Assembly (NCBI GenBank): GCA_023144035.1
Contig: JAGLGM010000001.1
Coordinates: 135,422 to 199,421, forward strand
Length of the DNA: 64,000 nucleotides
Origin: Candidatus Pacearchaeota archaeon
GTDB taxonomy: Archaea > Nanobdellota > Nanobdellia > Pacearchaeales > GW2011-AR1
Reading direction: 5' to 3'
In this document: positions 18,760 to 28,624 of the stretch, one piece after another
How the letters are laid out: each line of letters begins with the position of its first letter
Numbering within the stretch: position 1 is the stretch's first letter
Made by a program: the position numbers and the translations under genes
Notes under the pieces: model-generated
What the model was told of the DNA's origin: nothing
What the model saw: the letters and a program-made list of their open reading frames with translations, nothing else
Databases searched by the model: none

Positions 18760-19752
18760 TTATATTCCAATTTCTTTAATTCCATTTCCAGTATTAATGA
18801 CTGCAATTAAATCATATTTTTTTTTAATTATTTCTTTTAATCTTAGAATTAGTGCAAATCCTGCTGCACCACTTGGCTCAGCTTCAATATTTAACTCTTT
18901 AAATTTTGAGAGTGCATAAAGTATTTCTTGCTCATTAACATGATAAATCTTGTCTCCTGAGTTATTCGCTTTTGTGTATCCTTTCTCCCTTAAATCCTTC
19001 AAGCTTTCTTGCCATGTTTCAGAATTATCACAAATTTTATCTGCTATTGATTTTAAATCGCCTGTACTCACTGCAATAAAATCAATTGGAAGGTTTTTTG
19101 AAACTTCTTTGCAATCATCGTAAAGCATTCCAGCACCATATTGAATAATTACTAATGTTTTTGGAATTTTTTGGAATTTATTTTTTATTTGAGATATAAA
19201 TTCTTGCATTACTTGATTATATGTTGGATTAAATCCCTCTGTAATATCTAATGAATTATTTTTATTAGCATTTATTCCTAATTCATTCATTTTATCTAAG
19301 CAAGGTTTACCAAACCAATACTTTTCATTAAAATCAACTCTAATTAATCTACTTCCTTTGTAATTTTCCATTGACTCTCTAAATTTTCTCCCATTTGTAA
19401 ATCTTCCAAAACTATCTGGACCAAGTAATTTAGAATCATAATGTTCAGGGTAAAAATTTGCTACAATAACTTTTTCCTCCCCAATCATTTTATTAAGTTT
19501 ATCAACAAATAAAAAATCAGATATCCCTGCATTACCTGTAGAGCCTAAATAATATATAAATGGTCTTGGATAAATGTTTTCAAGATAGTGTTTTCCAAGC
19601 ATCCAACCATGTTTAGCTTTATAGGTATTTGTGAGATTTTTACTTTCATCTTTGATAATAATTTTTTGAGAATTAAATTCAGTAAGAACTACTGGTGTTT
19701 CTTTTGGTTTAATTTTATTCCATTCTCTAATTAATTCTTTTTTACTTTTCAT
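18760..19752 (-). CDS. divergent fold-type II PLP-dependent enzyme (Trp-synthase-beta / Cys-synthase-like)
   Basis: Candidate PLP Lys in TNTYKAKHGW; GSTGNAG phosphate loop; EPSGAAG near the C-terminus. Confidence 0.5.
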   Translation of the reverse strand: MKSKKELIREWNKIKPKETPVVLTEFNSQKIIIKDESKNLTNTYKAKHGWMLGKHYLENIYPRPFIYYLGSTGNAGISDFLFVDKLNKMIGEEKVIVANFYPEHYDSKLLGPDSFGRFTNGRKFRESMENYKGSRLIRVDFNEKYWFGKPCLDKMNELGINANKNNSLDITEGFNPTYNQVMQEFISQIKNKFQKIPKTLVIIQYGAGMLYDDCKEVSKNLPIDFIAVSTGDLKSIADKICDNSETWQESLKDLREKGYTKANNSGDKIYHVNEQEILYALSKFKELNIEAEPSGAAGFALILRLKEIIKKKYDLIAVINTGNGIKEIGI

Positions 19753-20509
19753 TTTCCCCCTTAACCTTTGTTACCATCAAACCATTATCCAACTGAGCAA
19801 TCCAAACACTATCTAAATTTGGATAACAAGAAGATTCTGGAAAGTGGCTTCCAGATACTTTCTTAAGATAATCGGTCATCATGTGCCCATAGTCATTAAT
19901 ATTATCTGCAACAATTAAACCTCCTTTTTCCATGTGTGGAAGAAGCAAATCCAAATATTTCCCATAATTTTCTTTATCAGCATCAAGAAATACAAAATCT
20001 ATTGGAGTTTTCCATTCAGAAAGAATTTCTTTTGCATTTCCTTGTATTAATTCAATCTTATTTTCTAATCCAGATTTTCTAAAATTATCTAATGCAAGAG
20101 CTTTCTTTACTTTGTTGTTTTCAATTGTTTTTACTTTCCCTTGGTTGTATTCTACTGATTGTGCCAAATATAAGGTTGAATATCCTGCAGAAGTTCCAAT
20201 TTCAAGAATATTTTTTGAATTACTGTATAAAGCTAAATACGAAATAACTCTTGCAGAATTTCTTGGAATAGACCAAAATTTTAGTGGTTCATTTTTAATT
20301 TTTCTTCCAAAAGTCTCAGAAACATCATTTTCCATATAAGCCCAAGAATCTTCTTTAGATTCTATTTCTAAAAGGGTTCTTTGTAATCTTTTTGAAGGTT
20401 TTAGAGTTACATCTAAGTTTGTAGGATTAATCTTTATTTTTGGCAATATAATTTTCTTAACAATAAATCTCGATTCACTATCTTCAAAGCTTTCTATTTT
20501 TGTTTTCAT
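19742..20509 (-). CDS. class I SAM-dependent O-methyltransferase (caffeoyl-CoA OMT-like) with a ~70-aa N-terminal extension
   Basis: ILEIGTSAGYSTLYLA, VFLDADKENY, GGLIVADNI. Confidence 0.7.
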   Translation of the reverse strand: MKTKIESFEDSESRFIVKKIILPKIKINPTNLDVTLKPSKRLQRTLLEIESKEDSWAYMENDVSETFGRKIKNEPLKFWSIPRNSARVISYLALYSNSKNILEIGTSAGYSTLYLAQSVEYNQGKVKTIENNKVKKALALDNFRKSGLENKIELIQGNAKEILSEWKTPIDFVFLDADKENYGKYLDLLLPHMEKGGLIVADNINDYGHMMTDYLKKVSGSHFPESSCYPNLDSVWIAQLDNGLMVTKVKGENEK

Positions 20510-20604
20510 ATTTTTCCAAGCAGATATTGAGTATATAAAAACTATTTACCCCCTTTGGAGGTATAAACCATAAAGTTTAAATATACACTAAAATAAATAA
20601 TTAT

Positions 20605-21336
20605 ATGGAAGAAAATATTTTCAAAGAATTAGGATTTACAGAAAGAGAAACAAAAGTTTATTTAGCACTCTTAGAAATAGGGGAAACAACAGTTGGACAA
20701 ATTACCTCAAAAACAAAGCTCCAGCATTCTAAAGTCTATGAAACACTTGATAAATTAGTAGAAAAGGGTTTAGTCAGTTATATAATTGTGTCTAAAACAA
20801 AGCACTTTAAAGCTTCTGACCCAAAAGAAATACTAAATATTATTGAAGATAGAAAAAGAAGATTTAAAGATGTTTTAAAAGAATTAGAACTTAAACAACA
20901 ATATTCTAAATCTAAACAAGTAGCAATTGTCCATGAAGGGTTTAAATCTCTACAAGCTTTATTCAATAGAATTGCAGATGAATTACAAAGAGGAGATTCA
21001 TATTGGGCATTTGCATTTAAGGAAGAATATCTTTCTGAAACAGCCCCATTACTTTTAAGAAATTTTCATAAAAAATTGGAAGAAAAAAAGATTGATGATA
21101 GGGCATTAGGGCATGCTAGCGTTAAAAAAGAAATCAAGAACAATTTTGATAACAACAAAAATATTAAAATAAGATATACAAATAATGAAACTCCTTTGGG
21201 AACAATTATAATTAAGGGTAAGGTAATAAATTTAATTTGGGGAGATAGACCAACCGCTATTGAAATAACTTCTGAACAAATTTACAAACAATACAAAAAA
21301 TTCTTTGATGAAATATGGAAAAGAGCTAAATCTTAA
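20605..21336 (+). CDS. TrmB-family transcriptional regulator
   Basis: N-terminal LGFTERETKVYLALLEIGETTVGQITSKTKLQHSKVYETLDKLVEKGLV plus a C-terminal effector-like domain. Confidence 0.65.
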   Translation: MEENIFKELGFTERETKVYLALLEIGETTVGQITSKTKLQHSKVYETLDKLVEKGLVSYIIVSKTKHFKASDPKEILNIIEDRKRRFKDVLKELELKQQYSKSKQVAIVHEGFKSLQALFNRIADELQRGDSYWAFAFKEEYLSETAPLLLRNFHKKLEEKKIDDRALGHASVKKEIKNNFDNNKNIKIRYTNNETPLGTIIIKGKVINLIWGDRPTAIEITSEQIYKQYKKFFDEIWKRAKS

Positions 21337-21416
21337 CACCCTATCTGTGGGTGTTTACACTTAATTGTACCTAATTTAGGATAAATATTTAAATTCTAAT
21401 TATTTTAATTGTTTTC

Positions 21417-21914
21417 GTGGAAGACATATTAGAACAAATCGAGAAGGGATTAGATTCAAATCAATATTATTTATCCTTATTTGTTACTTTAGCAATCCCA
21501 GATATATGTGGTGCTTTAGAATCAGATGATGGATTAGCTACTAGACAAAAATATAAAGATTGGTTTGATAAGTATATTTCACCAAAATATAAGGGATCCT
21601 TAAATGGTAATAGTTGTTATCAGTTTAGATGCTCTCTATTGCATCAAGGTTCAACTCAACATGAAAGTAGTAAATTCAATAGAATTTTATTTATTGAGCC
21701 AGAAACAATAACCCCCATTTGTCATAATAATATAATGGATAATGCTCTTAATATAGATGTAAAAATATTTTGCCAAGATATTATTTCTGGAGCAAAAGAA
21801 TGGCTCAGAAAGAAGAGGGGAACCACTAATTTTGAAAAAAATTATCTCAAATTTGTAAAGAGACATCCTCAAGGATTGCCCCCCTTTATTAATGGTGTGC
21901 CTGTAATAAGTTAA
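21417..21914 (+). CDS. hypothetical protein (165 aa, GTG start)
   Basis: ORF only; contains a conserved-looking LAIPDICG segment. Confidence 0.4.
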   Translation: MEDILEQIEKGLDSNQYYLSLFVTLAIPDICGALESDDGLATRQKYKDWFDKYISPKYKGSLNGNSCYQFRCSLLHQGSTQHESSKFNRILFIEPETITPICHNNIMDNALNIDVKIFCQDIISGAKEWLRKKRGTTNFEKNYLKFVKRHPQGLPPFINGVPVIS

Positions 21915-21993
21915 GGAAAATTATTTTCCTTTTTAGCTCCCTGTTTGAGTGTAAAACTCCCGCTCCGAGAACATACCTAGAATAAATTATCCA

Positions 21994-22111
21994 TGGCCCT
22001 GGAGGGATTTGAACCCCCGACACCTAGATATCTCCAAACAAAGTTTGTTTCAAAGTCAATGAAACCATCGCATTAAGAGTCTAGTGCTCTACCAAACTGA
22101 GCTACAGAGCC
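21994..22111 (-). tRNA. tRNA-Lys (CUU) with a 44-nt intron at the canonical 37/38 position
   Basis: Hand-folded: acceptor GGCTCTG/CAGGGCC, D arm GCTC..GAGC, anticodon stem CTAGA/TCTAG with loop CTCTTAA, T arm GGGGG-TTCAAAT-CCCTC. No encoded CCA. Confidence 0.85.
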
Positions 22112-22117
22112 AATAAA

Positions 22118-22172
22118 AGACACCAAGGTTTCTTTTATGAAACTTCCTTTAAATTACTGCTCATGGCTGATA
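22118..22172 (-). repeat. 54-bp intergenic element, copy A (upstream of tRNA-Lys)
   Basis: The reverse complement carries TTTAAAGGAAGTTTCATAAAAGAAACCTTGGTGTCT, identical to the core at 33339..33374. Confidence 0.85.
22135..22142 (-). promoter_or_regulatory. TATA-like box (TTTCATAA) at -31..-24 of tRNA-Lys
   Basis: Same spacing as the TTTAAATA boxes of tRNA-Ile and tRNA-Asn; lies inside a copy of the 54-bp repeat. Confidence 0.45.
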
Positions 22173-22267
22173 GTATATTATAGAAGAAGTTTAAAAACCT
22201 TTCAAATTATTTACATATTTCACAATATATATTAAAAGAAGTTCTCTCAAGGGGCAGTATATTCTAA

Positions 22268-22534
22268 CTATCTAATCAAATCTTGGATATTATCTATTGC
22301 ATCTGCAACAGCTTTACCTTTCTTGGTAAGTCTAATTAATTTAATTCGCCCCTTTTTTTCAAACTCTACCAATTTTAAATCTTCCAAGGTCTGTAAAATC
22401 TTCACAGCATGACTGTATGTACAGTCAACCTCTTTTGCCAAAATACTACCATATCTCATCCTTGTATTCTTCTTTAACGACACCAACATCAATGCTGGCT
22501 TTCTCCGAAAAAAGATATCAAAGTTGTCTTTCAT
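22268..22534 (-). CDS. small winged-helix transcriptional regulator
   Basis: RYGSILAKEVDCTYSHAVKILQTLEDLKLVEFEKKGRIKLIRLTKKG. Confidence 0.55.
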   Translation of the reverse strand: MKDNFDIFFRRKPALMLVSLKKNTRMRYGSILAKEVDCTYSHAVKILQTLEDLKLVEFEKKGRIKLIRLTKKGKAVADAIDNIQDLIR

Positions 22535-22675
22535 TTTTTGACATATATAATTTAATGTATATATTCAGATGATAGTTTGCTTTTAAATGTTTTGGAACAT
22601 ATATATTCACTACAGCTCTTGAGTGAAAAACAGTGATTTAAAAGGTTTTATTAATAAAATAATTCTCTAATTTTC

Positions 22676-23290
22676 ATGGAAAAAAAGACAAAAATATTAG
22701 CAGTAGGAGATATTCATGGAGACACTGGATTAGCTAAAAAATTAGCAGAAAAAGCAAAAAAAGAAAATGTAGACTTAATAATTTTAGCAGGAGATTTAAC
22801 TTGGTTAGATCAATCTTTTCAAGGAATTGTAGGTCCTTTTATAAAAGCAAAAAAACAAGTTTTATTAATTCCTGGAAATCACGAACCAAATAGCACAATA
22901 AATTTCTTAGCTGAAATGTATCCTAATACAAAAAATATACATGGGTATCCTCATAAAATAGGTAATTTAGGTATTTTTGGAGCAGGATATGATTCTAAGG
23001 TAGGTCCTTTTTGGGTTGAAGATGAAGAAATATTTAAAACACTTAAAAAAAGCCATGACAAAATAAAAGATATGAAAAGAAAAATAATGGTAACTCACGC
23101 ACTTCCTGCAGAAAGTAAATCAGAATTATTTGAAGGTTCAGGATCTGAAGCAGTAAAAAAAGCAATAACAAAATTTAAACCAGACATTGTAATTTCAGGA
23201 CATATTCATGAAGCAGGAGGAATTGAAGAAAAAATAGGTAAAACAAAAGTTATTAATGTGTCAAGAAAACCTAAGATTTTTGAGATTTAA
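22676..23290 (+). CDS. calcineurin-like metallophosphoesterase
   Basis: VGDIHGD, AGDL, GNHE, SGHIH. Confidence 0.8.
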   Translation: MEKKTKILAVGDIHGDTGLAKKLAEKAKKENVDLIILAGDLTWLDQSFQGIVGPFIKAKKQVLLIPGNHEPNSTINFLAEMYPNTKNIHGYPHKIGNLGIFGAGYDSKVGPFWVEDEEIFKTLKKSHDKIKDMKRKIMVTHALPAESKSELFEGSGSEAVKKAITKFKPDIVISGHIHEAGGIEEKIGKTKVINVSRKPKIFEI

Positions 23291-23631
23291 TCATTTAATT
23301 TATCTCTTATCATTAAAAAGTGTTTATTAAATTGTTCTCTAAGTTTCTCAAAATTTTTTTCAAGTATTACTAATTTTTCAAGAGATCTTTCATCCACATC
23401 TACTTGACGCACAAATTTCTTTTTATGAATTTTTTCGTTGAATATAGATATTTCTTCAAAATTCAAAGATTCACAAAAAAGCCCACTATTCTGAGATATC
23501 TCGGGTTCTTCTTTGTTAACAAAATACCCTAAAATTATTCTATCTTTAGGAACATAAATCTGGTAATTCATGCCTTCCTTCCCCCATTTACTAAAAAATC
23601 CTCTGGCATTCATTAAATAACCTTCAACCAT
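23287..23631 (-). CDS. hypothetical protein (114 aa)
   Basis: ORF only. Confidence 0.35.
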   Translation of the reverse strand: MVEGYLMNARGFFSKWGKEGMNYQIYVPKDRIILGYFVNKEEPEISQNSGLFCESLNFEEISIFNEKIHKKKFVRQVDVDERSLEKLVILEKNFEKLREQFNKHFLMIRDKLND

Positions 23632-23724
23632 AAAAAATATAGCTACACACTTATTTATAAAAATTATTGTTTCTCAAAATATAATAGAAAAACCTATAAA
23701 TACTTCTTTATCTAAGTAACAATA

Positions 23725-26049
23725 ATGCCAAAAACACCTAAAAAAACAAAAGAAGAAAAATTGGCTGAAAACTATTTTCCTTTAGATACTGGTGATATTA
23801 AAAAAACAGTTGAAAAAAAGGTAAAAGAAAAAGATAGCTCTGCAAAAGTAAAAGTTGAAAAAAAATATAAACAAATTGATATATCTACTTTAGAAACTGT
23901 TGAAAAAAAATCTATTAAATCCAAAACTGCGGCTAAAAGAAAAAAACCTGCTTCTAAAACAAAACCATATTCTCATCCAAAAACCAAATTAAAAAAAGGA
24001 GGTTATGAATTAGTTATAACAGAAAAACCTCAAGCTGCATTAAAAATAGCTGCTTCCTTAGGAAAAGCAATCAAAAGAGGAGGAAAAGGAGTAGCTTATT
24101 ATGAAATTAATAAAAATGGAAAAGAAATTGTTGTTGCTTGTGCTGTTGGACATTTATTTACACTAAAACAAGAAAAAGCAAGACAACCTTTACCTGTATT
24201 TAATATTGGTTGGATTCCTAATTATCTTGTAAGAAAAAATGATTTTACAAAAAGGTATTATGATACTTTATTAAAATTAGCAAAAAATGCAGGAAGTTTA
24301 ACAGTTGCTACAGATTATGATGTTGAGGGAGAAGTAATAGGATGGAATATTGTAAGATTTATTGGTAATCAAAAAGACGCTAATAGAATGAAATTTTCTA
24401 CTTTAACCAAAGAAGAATTAAATAAAGCGTATGAAAATAAATCAAAGAATATTGATTGGGGACAAGCAGTTGCAGGAGAAACAAGACATTATTTAGATTG
24501 GTTCTATGGAATAAATCTTTCAAGAGCTTTAATGAATGCAATAAAAACAACAGGAAGTTTTAGAGTAATGTCAATTGGTAGAGTTCAAGGACCAGCATTA
24601 AATATGATAGTTCAAAAAGAAAAAGAAATTCAAGCTTTTAAACCAGAAACATATTGGCAAGTTTTTATTAAAGTTAATGACAAAAAAAATATATTAGAAT
24701 TAAAACATAATAAAGATTTATTTAATAAAAAAGATTTAAACAAATTCAAAGATTTAAAAGGAAAAACAATTCAAGTAAATACAAATAAAACAGAACAATC
24801 TCTTCCTCCAAACCCTCCTTTTAATTTAACAACTCTACAAACAGAAATTTATAAATTCCATGGAATAACTCCTTCAAATACACTAAGATCTGCACAATCT
24901 CTTTATTTAGGAGGTTTAATATCTTATCCAAGAACTTCAAGTCAAAAACTCCCAGATTCAATTGATTATAAAGAAATATTAAAAAAGCTTTCAAAAGAAT
25001 ATAAAGTTGAAAATTTAATTGTAAAAGATAAACCAATTGAAGGTAAAAAATCAGATCCTGCCCACCCCTCAATTTATCCAACAGGAAATTCTCAAACACT
25101 TTCAGGGGATGAAGAAAAAGTTTATAATCTAATTGTAAAAAGATTCTTATCTCTTTTTTGTGATAATGCTATTGTTGATAATAAAACAGTTAAAGCAAAT
25201 GTAGATAATTTAATATTCTCCACAAGAGGCTCAGCTGTTAGAAAAAAAGCTTGGATGAGTATCTACCCTTCTAAATTAAAAGAAATAGAAGTCCCAGACA
25301 TGAATGGTGAAGCAAAAATTACCAGTACAAAAACAGAAGAAAAAGAAACACAACCTCCAAAAAGATACTCTCCTGCTTCAATAATTTCACAATTAGAAAA
25401 AAAGAATTTAGGAACAAAAGCTACAAGATCTTCAATTTTAGAAACACTATATGATAGAGGATATGTTCAAGACAAATCAATAAAAGCGACCCCTTTAGGA
25501 ATGTCTTTAATTGCAACCTTAGAAAAATATTCTCCAATTATAATTGATGAAAAATTAACTAGAAACTTTGAAGATTCTATGCAATCTATTCAAAAATCAA
25601 CTAAAGGATTTGAAGAAAAAGAAAAAAAGATTATCTCAAAAGCAAAAAATACAATTATAGAAATTGCAAAAGATTTTGAAAAAAAAGAAAAAGATATTGG
25701 AAAAGAATTATTACAAGCAAATATTAAACAAAGAGAACAAGAAAAAGAAGAAAACAAATTACATCCTTGTCCAATTTGTAAAAAAGGAGATTTAGCAATA
25801 ACTTATTCTAGAAAAACAAGAAGACATTTTGTTGCATGTAATGCATATCCAGATTGTAAAACAACTTTTAGTCTTCCGCCAGATTCATTAATCAAAAAAA
25901 CAGATAAACTCTGTGAAAAATGTGGTTTCCCAATGTTAATGAGTATAAAGAAAGGAAAAAAACCTTGGTTCTTTTGTTTTAATCCAGAATGTGAAACAAA
26001 TAAAGAAAGAATTGAAGCTTATAAAAACAAACAAGATCAAGTAGAATAA
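23725..26049 (+). CDS. topA: DNA topoisomerase I (type IA) with a Lys-rich N-terminal extension
   Basis: Toprim ELVITEKPQAA and DYDVEGE; catalytic Tyr motif ISYPRTSSQ; two C-terminal Zn ribbons (CPICK..CNAYPDC, CEKCG..CFNPEC). Confidence 0.9.
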   Translation: MPKTPKKTKEEKLAENYFPLDTGDIKKTVEKKVKEKDSSAKVKVEKKYKQIDISTLETVEKKSIKSKTAAKRKKPASKTKPYSHPKTKLKKGGYELVITEKPQAALKIAASLGKAIKRGGKGVAYYEINKNGKEIVVACAVGHLFTLKQEKARQPLPVFNIGWIPNYLVRKNDFTKRYYDTLLKLAKNAGSLTVATDYDVEGEVIGWNIVRFIGNQKDANRMKFSTLTKEELNKAYENKSKNIDWGQAVAGETRHYLDWFYGINLSRALMNAIKTTGSFRVMSIGRVQGPALNMIVQKEKEIQAFKPETYWQVFIKVNDKKNILELKHNKDLFNKKDLNKFKDLKGKTIQVNTNKTEQSLPPNPPFNLTTLQTEIYKFHGITPSNTLRSAQSLYLGGLISYPRTSSQKLPDSIDYKEILKKLSKEYKVENLIVKDKPIEGKKSDPAHPSIYPTGNSQTLSGDEEKVYNLIVKRFLSLFCDNAIVDNKTVKANVDNLIFSTRGSAVRKKAWMSIYPSKLKEIEVPDMNGEAKITSTKTEEKETQPPKRYSPASIISQLEKKNLGTKATRSSILETLYDRGYVQDKSIKATPLGMSLIATLEKYSPIIIDEKLTRNFEDSMQSIQKSTKGFEEKEKKIISKAKNTIIEIAKDFEKKEKDIGKELLQANIKQREQEKEENKLHPCPICKKGDLAITYSRKTRRHFVACNAYPDCKTTFSLPPDSLIKKTDKLCEKCGFPMLMSIKKGKKPWFFCFNPECETNKERIEAYKNKQDQVE

Positions 26050-26093
26050 CTACTACAACAATTCTTAAAAAGAATAATCTTTTATTCTAAATT

Positions 26094-26384
26094 ATGGTAG
26101 TATTCAAAATCCCAAAAAAACATCAATGTGGAAAAATTCTTGAAGAAAAAACAATTCCAATAAATCCAAAAATATTAACTCTCAATCCTTACCCAATAAA
26201 TTATTGTTCAAAATGTAATGTGTATGTTTTAAATGAAAAATACCAATCAAAAGATCCAGAAATTATAGGAGACATTATTACAGAAGCTCAAGCACAACAA
26301 AATCTCAAAATTAACAAATCGATTTACCATGCAAGCCATTTAGAAAAAATAGCAGAAAAAACTTCTAAAACTAAAAATAATTAA
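26094..26384 (+). CDS. hypothetical protein (96 aa)
   Basis: ORF only. Confidence 0.35.
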   Translation: MVVFKIPKKHQCGKILEEKTIPINPKILTLNPYPINYCSKCNVYVLNEKYQSKDPEIIGDIITEAQAQQNLKINKSIYHASHLEKIAEKTSKTKNN

Positions 26385-27586
26385 AACCACTCCCCCAACC
26401 TTCTCTCTTCTTGTATTTGCCTTAATAATTTACTTCTTTTTAATATAAAATCAATAGATATTTCAAATTTTTTCTCAGATATTATCTTGGCACTATTCAA
26501 CATTTCTTCCTTGGAATTAAATTTAAAATTTTTATAATTCAATGTTTTTCTAATGGATTCGCGACAAACCCAAACACCTAAAGAAGCCCAATATGAAGGA
26601 GTCTCAAGACGAATTACTAACACACTTGCTTGCCTCTTTATTTTATTTAAATATTTTAAAATAGGTAAACGCGTAGCATAATATCCTCCTGCAGTATCTG
26701 AAGCATAAGTTTTCCTACCTGAATAACTTTCAAAATCAGTAGCTGCTTTCATTTCATTTGAAGGATTCCATGAACTTCCAGGATAATATAATTCAAATAA
26801 TTCATAAGACCAAACATTTGGAAACATAAGAATAAGATATTGGTTTCCCATAAATTCTCCAAAAAACATTCCATAATTTTCAATCCATTTATGCATTTTA
26901 ACTTGTTCTAAGAGTTGTTTTCCTAAAGTATCATCAGTAGCAGTAATACTCCAACGTGTAGGAACAAATCGTTTATTTTTTTTCAACCCCACAACCCCTA
27001 CACTTAAAATTTTACTTAAAGAATATTCATCAAAATTATTTTTATATAATAATCTCATAGCTTCTGCAGCTTTTATTTCATCATTCATAACCTTTTCAAC
27101 TTTTTTATGAATTTTTACATTTCCTATAATAGTTGCTTTTTTCAAACCAGCCCTCATACCTTGAGGGGTTGTTACTTTATCTTTACTTTTTTTAAAATTC
27201 AAATTATTTTTCAATTCAATTTCAACATCAACAGGTTTAGCAGCAACTGCAATTTCTTGAGTCAATCCAACAAATTTTTTGTTTAATCTAGAATCTTGAA
27301 CTTTTGATTGAAATTTTGAATTTAGTAAATTATTTCTTAATTTAACAACATCTGAAATTTGAAAATCTTTTTCTGCCCAATATTTTGCATCATCATATAT
27401 CCATGCATTATCTTCTTTTTCTAAAGGAGATAAAATCCCAATATTTACTAAAGGGTATCTTAATTTAGAACCAATAAATACACTAGGAGGTGAAACACTA
27501 TCAATCTTTGAAATCTTTTTTAAATCACGAAATTTAAAATTAGTATCTGCAACTTTTTTCATAACTTCAAATTTTATGTTTTCCAT
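26381..27586 (-). CDS. nreA: Nre-family (DUF650/DUF651) putative DNA-repair protein
   Basis: SPPSVFIGSKLRYPLVNIGILSP motif recalled from archaeal Nre proteins; C-terminal PIP-like RRLGEWF. Confidence 0.55.
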   Translation of the reverse strand: MENIKFEVMKKVADTNFKFRDLKKISKIDSVSPPSVFIGSKLRYPLVNIGILSPLEKEDNAWIYDDAKYWAEKDFQISDVVKLRNNLLNSKFQSKVQDSRLNKKFVGLTQEIAVAAKPVDVEIELKNNLNFKKSKDKVTTPQGMRAGLKKATIIGNVKIHKKVEKVMNDEIKAAEAMRLLYKNNFDEYSLSKILSVGVVGLKKNKRFVPTRWSITATDDTLGKQLLEQVKMHKWIENYGMFFGEFMGNQYLILMFPNVWSYELFELYYPGSSWNPSNEMKAATDFESYSGRKTYASDTAGGYYATRLPILKYLNKIKRQASVLVIRLETPSYWASLGVWVCRESIRKTLNYKNFKFNSKEEMLNSAKIISEKKFEISIDFILKRSKLLRQIQEERRLGEWF

Positions 27587-27634
27587 GTAAAATTAAAACA
27601 AAATTTCTTTAAATTCATTTGTCACCACTAATCA

Positions 27635-27823
27635 TTAAAAAGGAATATATTTATTTGAATCTAAATAAGGAGAAAGATATTCCACAAAATCTTGAAATAA
27701 TTTACAACCAAAATAAGCTATAGTTCCTGATGCTGCAAAAAATAAAGTAATTAACAAATAATCTCTTTTATCAAAAAAATCTTTTGAATTAGAATCTTTA
27801 CTAAGTTCTCCTTCCAAACTCAT
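27635..27823 (-). CDS. small membrane protein (62 aa)
   Basis: One central hydrophobic helix. Confidence 0.35.
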   Translation of the reverse strand: MSLEGELSKDSNSKDFFDKRDYLLITLFFAASGTIAYFGCKLFQDFVEYLSPYLDSNKYIPF

Positions 27824-27857
27824 AAAACACTGAAGAAATCAAATTATTTATTTCTTT

Positions 27858-28583
27858 CTATATCCATCTCTTTTTAAAAATACCTTTATCTCTTATCTCA
27901 AAACTCATTTCTTTAGGAGGTAAACTTCTATGTTTTAACAAAATAGCTTTTTTTCTTAATTTTTCATTCTTTAATTCAATTATGCATTTGCTCCAATATT
28001 TAAATAAGTCTCCTCCAACAATATTTGTTTCTCTTTCAACTCCTTTTTTCCAATCTTCCTCTGATAAAAACCCCATATAAACTTGATTAGTAATTATAAT
28101 TGGAATTTGATTTTTACGTGCAATCTCAGATAAAGTTCTCATTTGTTTTGCTATTTCTCTATTTATTTTTTTAATATTTTCAGAATTCTTTGATTTTTGA
28201 GCATCTCCTAATTCTAATCTATATAACATTGCCATGCCATCAATAATAATTAAACTAACATGATCTTTTTTAACTTGAATAAGTAACTTTTCAAAAGATT
28301 TTTTCTGTTCTTCAAAATTTGTAGGCTCTAATAATAAAATATTACTTAAAACTTTTTCACACTCATCTCCAACAATCTGTTTAACTCTCTCACTTGAAAA
28401 ACCACCTTCTGTATCTACAAATATAACTTTTCTATCTTTTCTTGCTTGACTACATGAAACTAAAATAGCTAAATTTGTTTTTCCACATCCAGGAGGTCCT
28501 GCAATCATTGTAATTACATCTTTTTCATAACCACCATATAACCATTTATTAAAATCATAACTGCCTGTTGATATTTTTGACAT
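27858..28583 (-). CDS. radB: RadB (RecA-superfamily ATPase)
   Basis: Walker A GPPGCGKT, VIFVDTEGGFSSERV, Walker B LIIIDG; size is typical of RadB. Confidence 0.7.
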   Translation of the reverse strand: MSKISTGSYDFNKWLYGGYEKDVITMIAGPPGCGKTNLAILVSCSQARKDRKVIFVDTEGGFSSERVKQIVGDECEKVLSNILLLEPTNFEEQKKSFEKLLIQVKKDHVSLIIIDGMAMLYRLELGDAQKSKNSENIKKINREIAKQMRTLSEIARKNQIPIIITNQVYMGFLSEEDWKKGVERETNIVGGDLFKYWSKCIIELKNEKLRKKAILLKHRSLPPKEMSFEIRDKGIFKKRWI

Positions 28584-28624
28584 AATAAAATACAGCTTTA
28601 AGAATTAATAAGCATTATTGTAAT

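Noticed and set aside
22535-22675. Possible C/D-box sRNA (AGATGATAG .. GAGTGA)
   Set aside because: There is no proper RUGAUGA/CUGA box pair with terminal stem spacing. A similar check of 38829..38976 was also negative.
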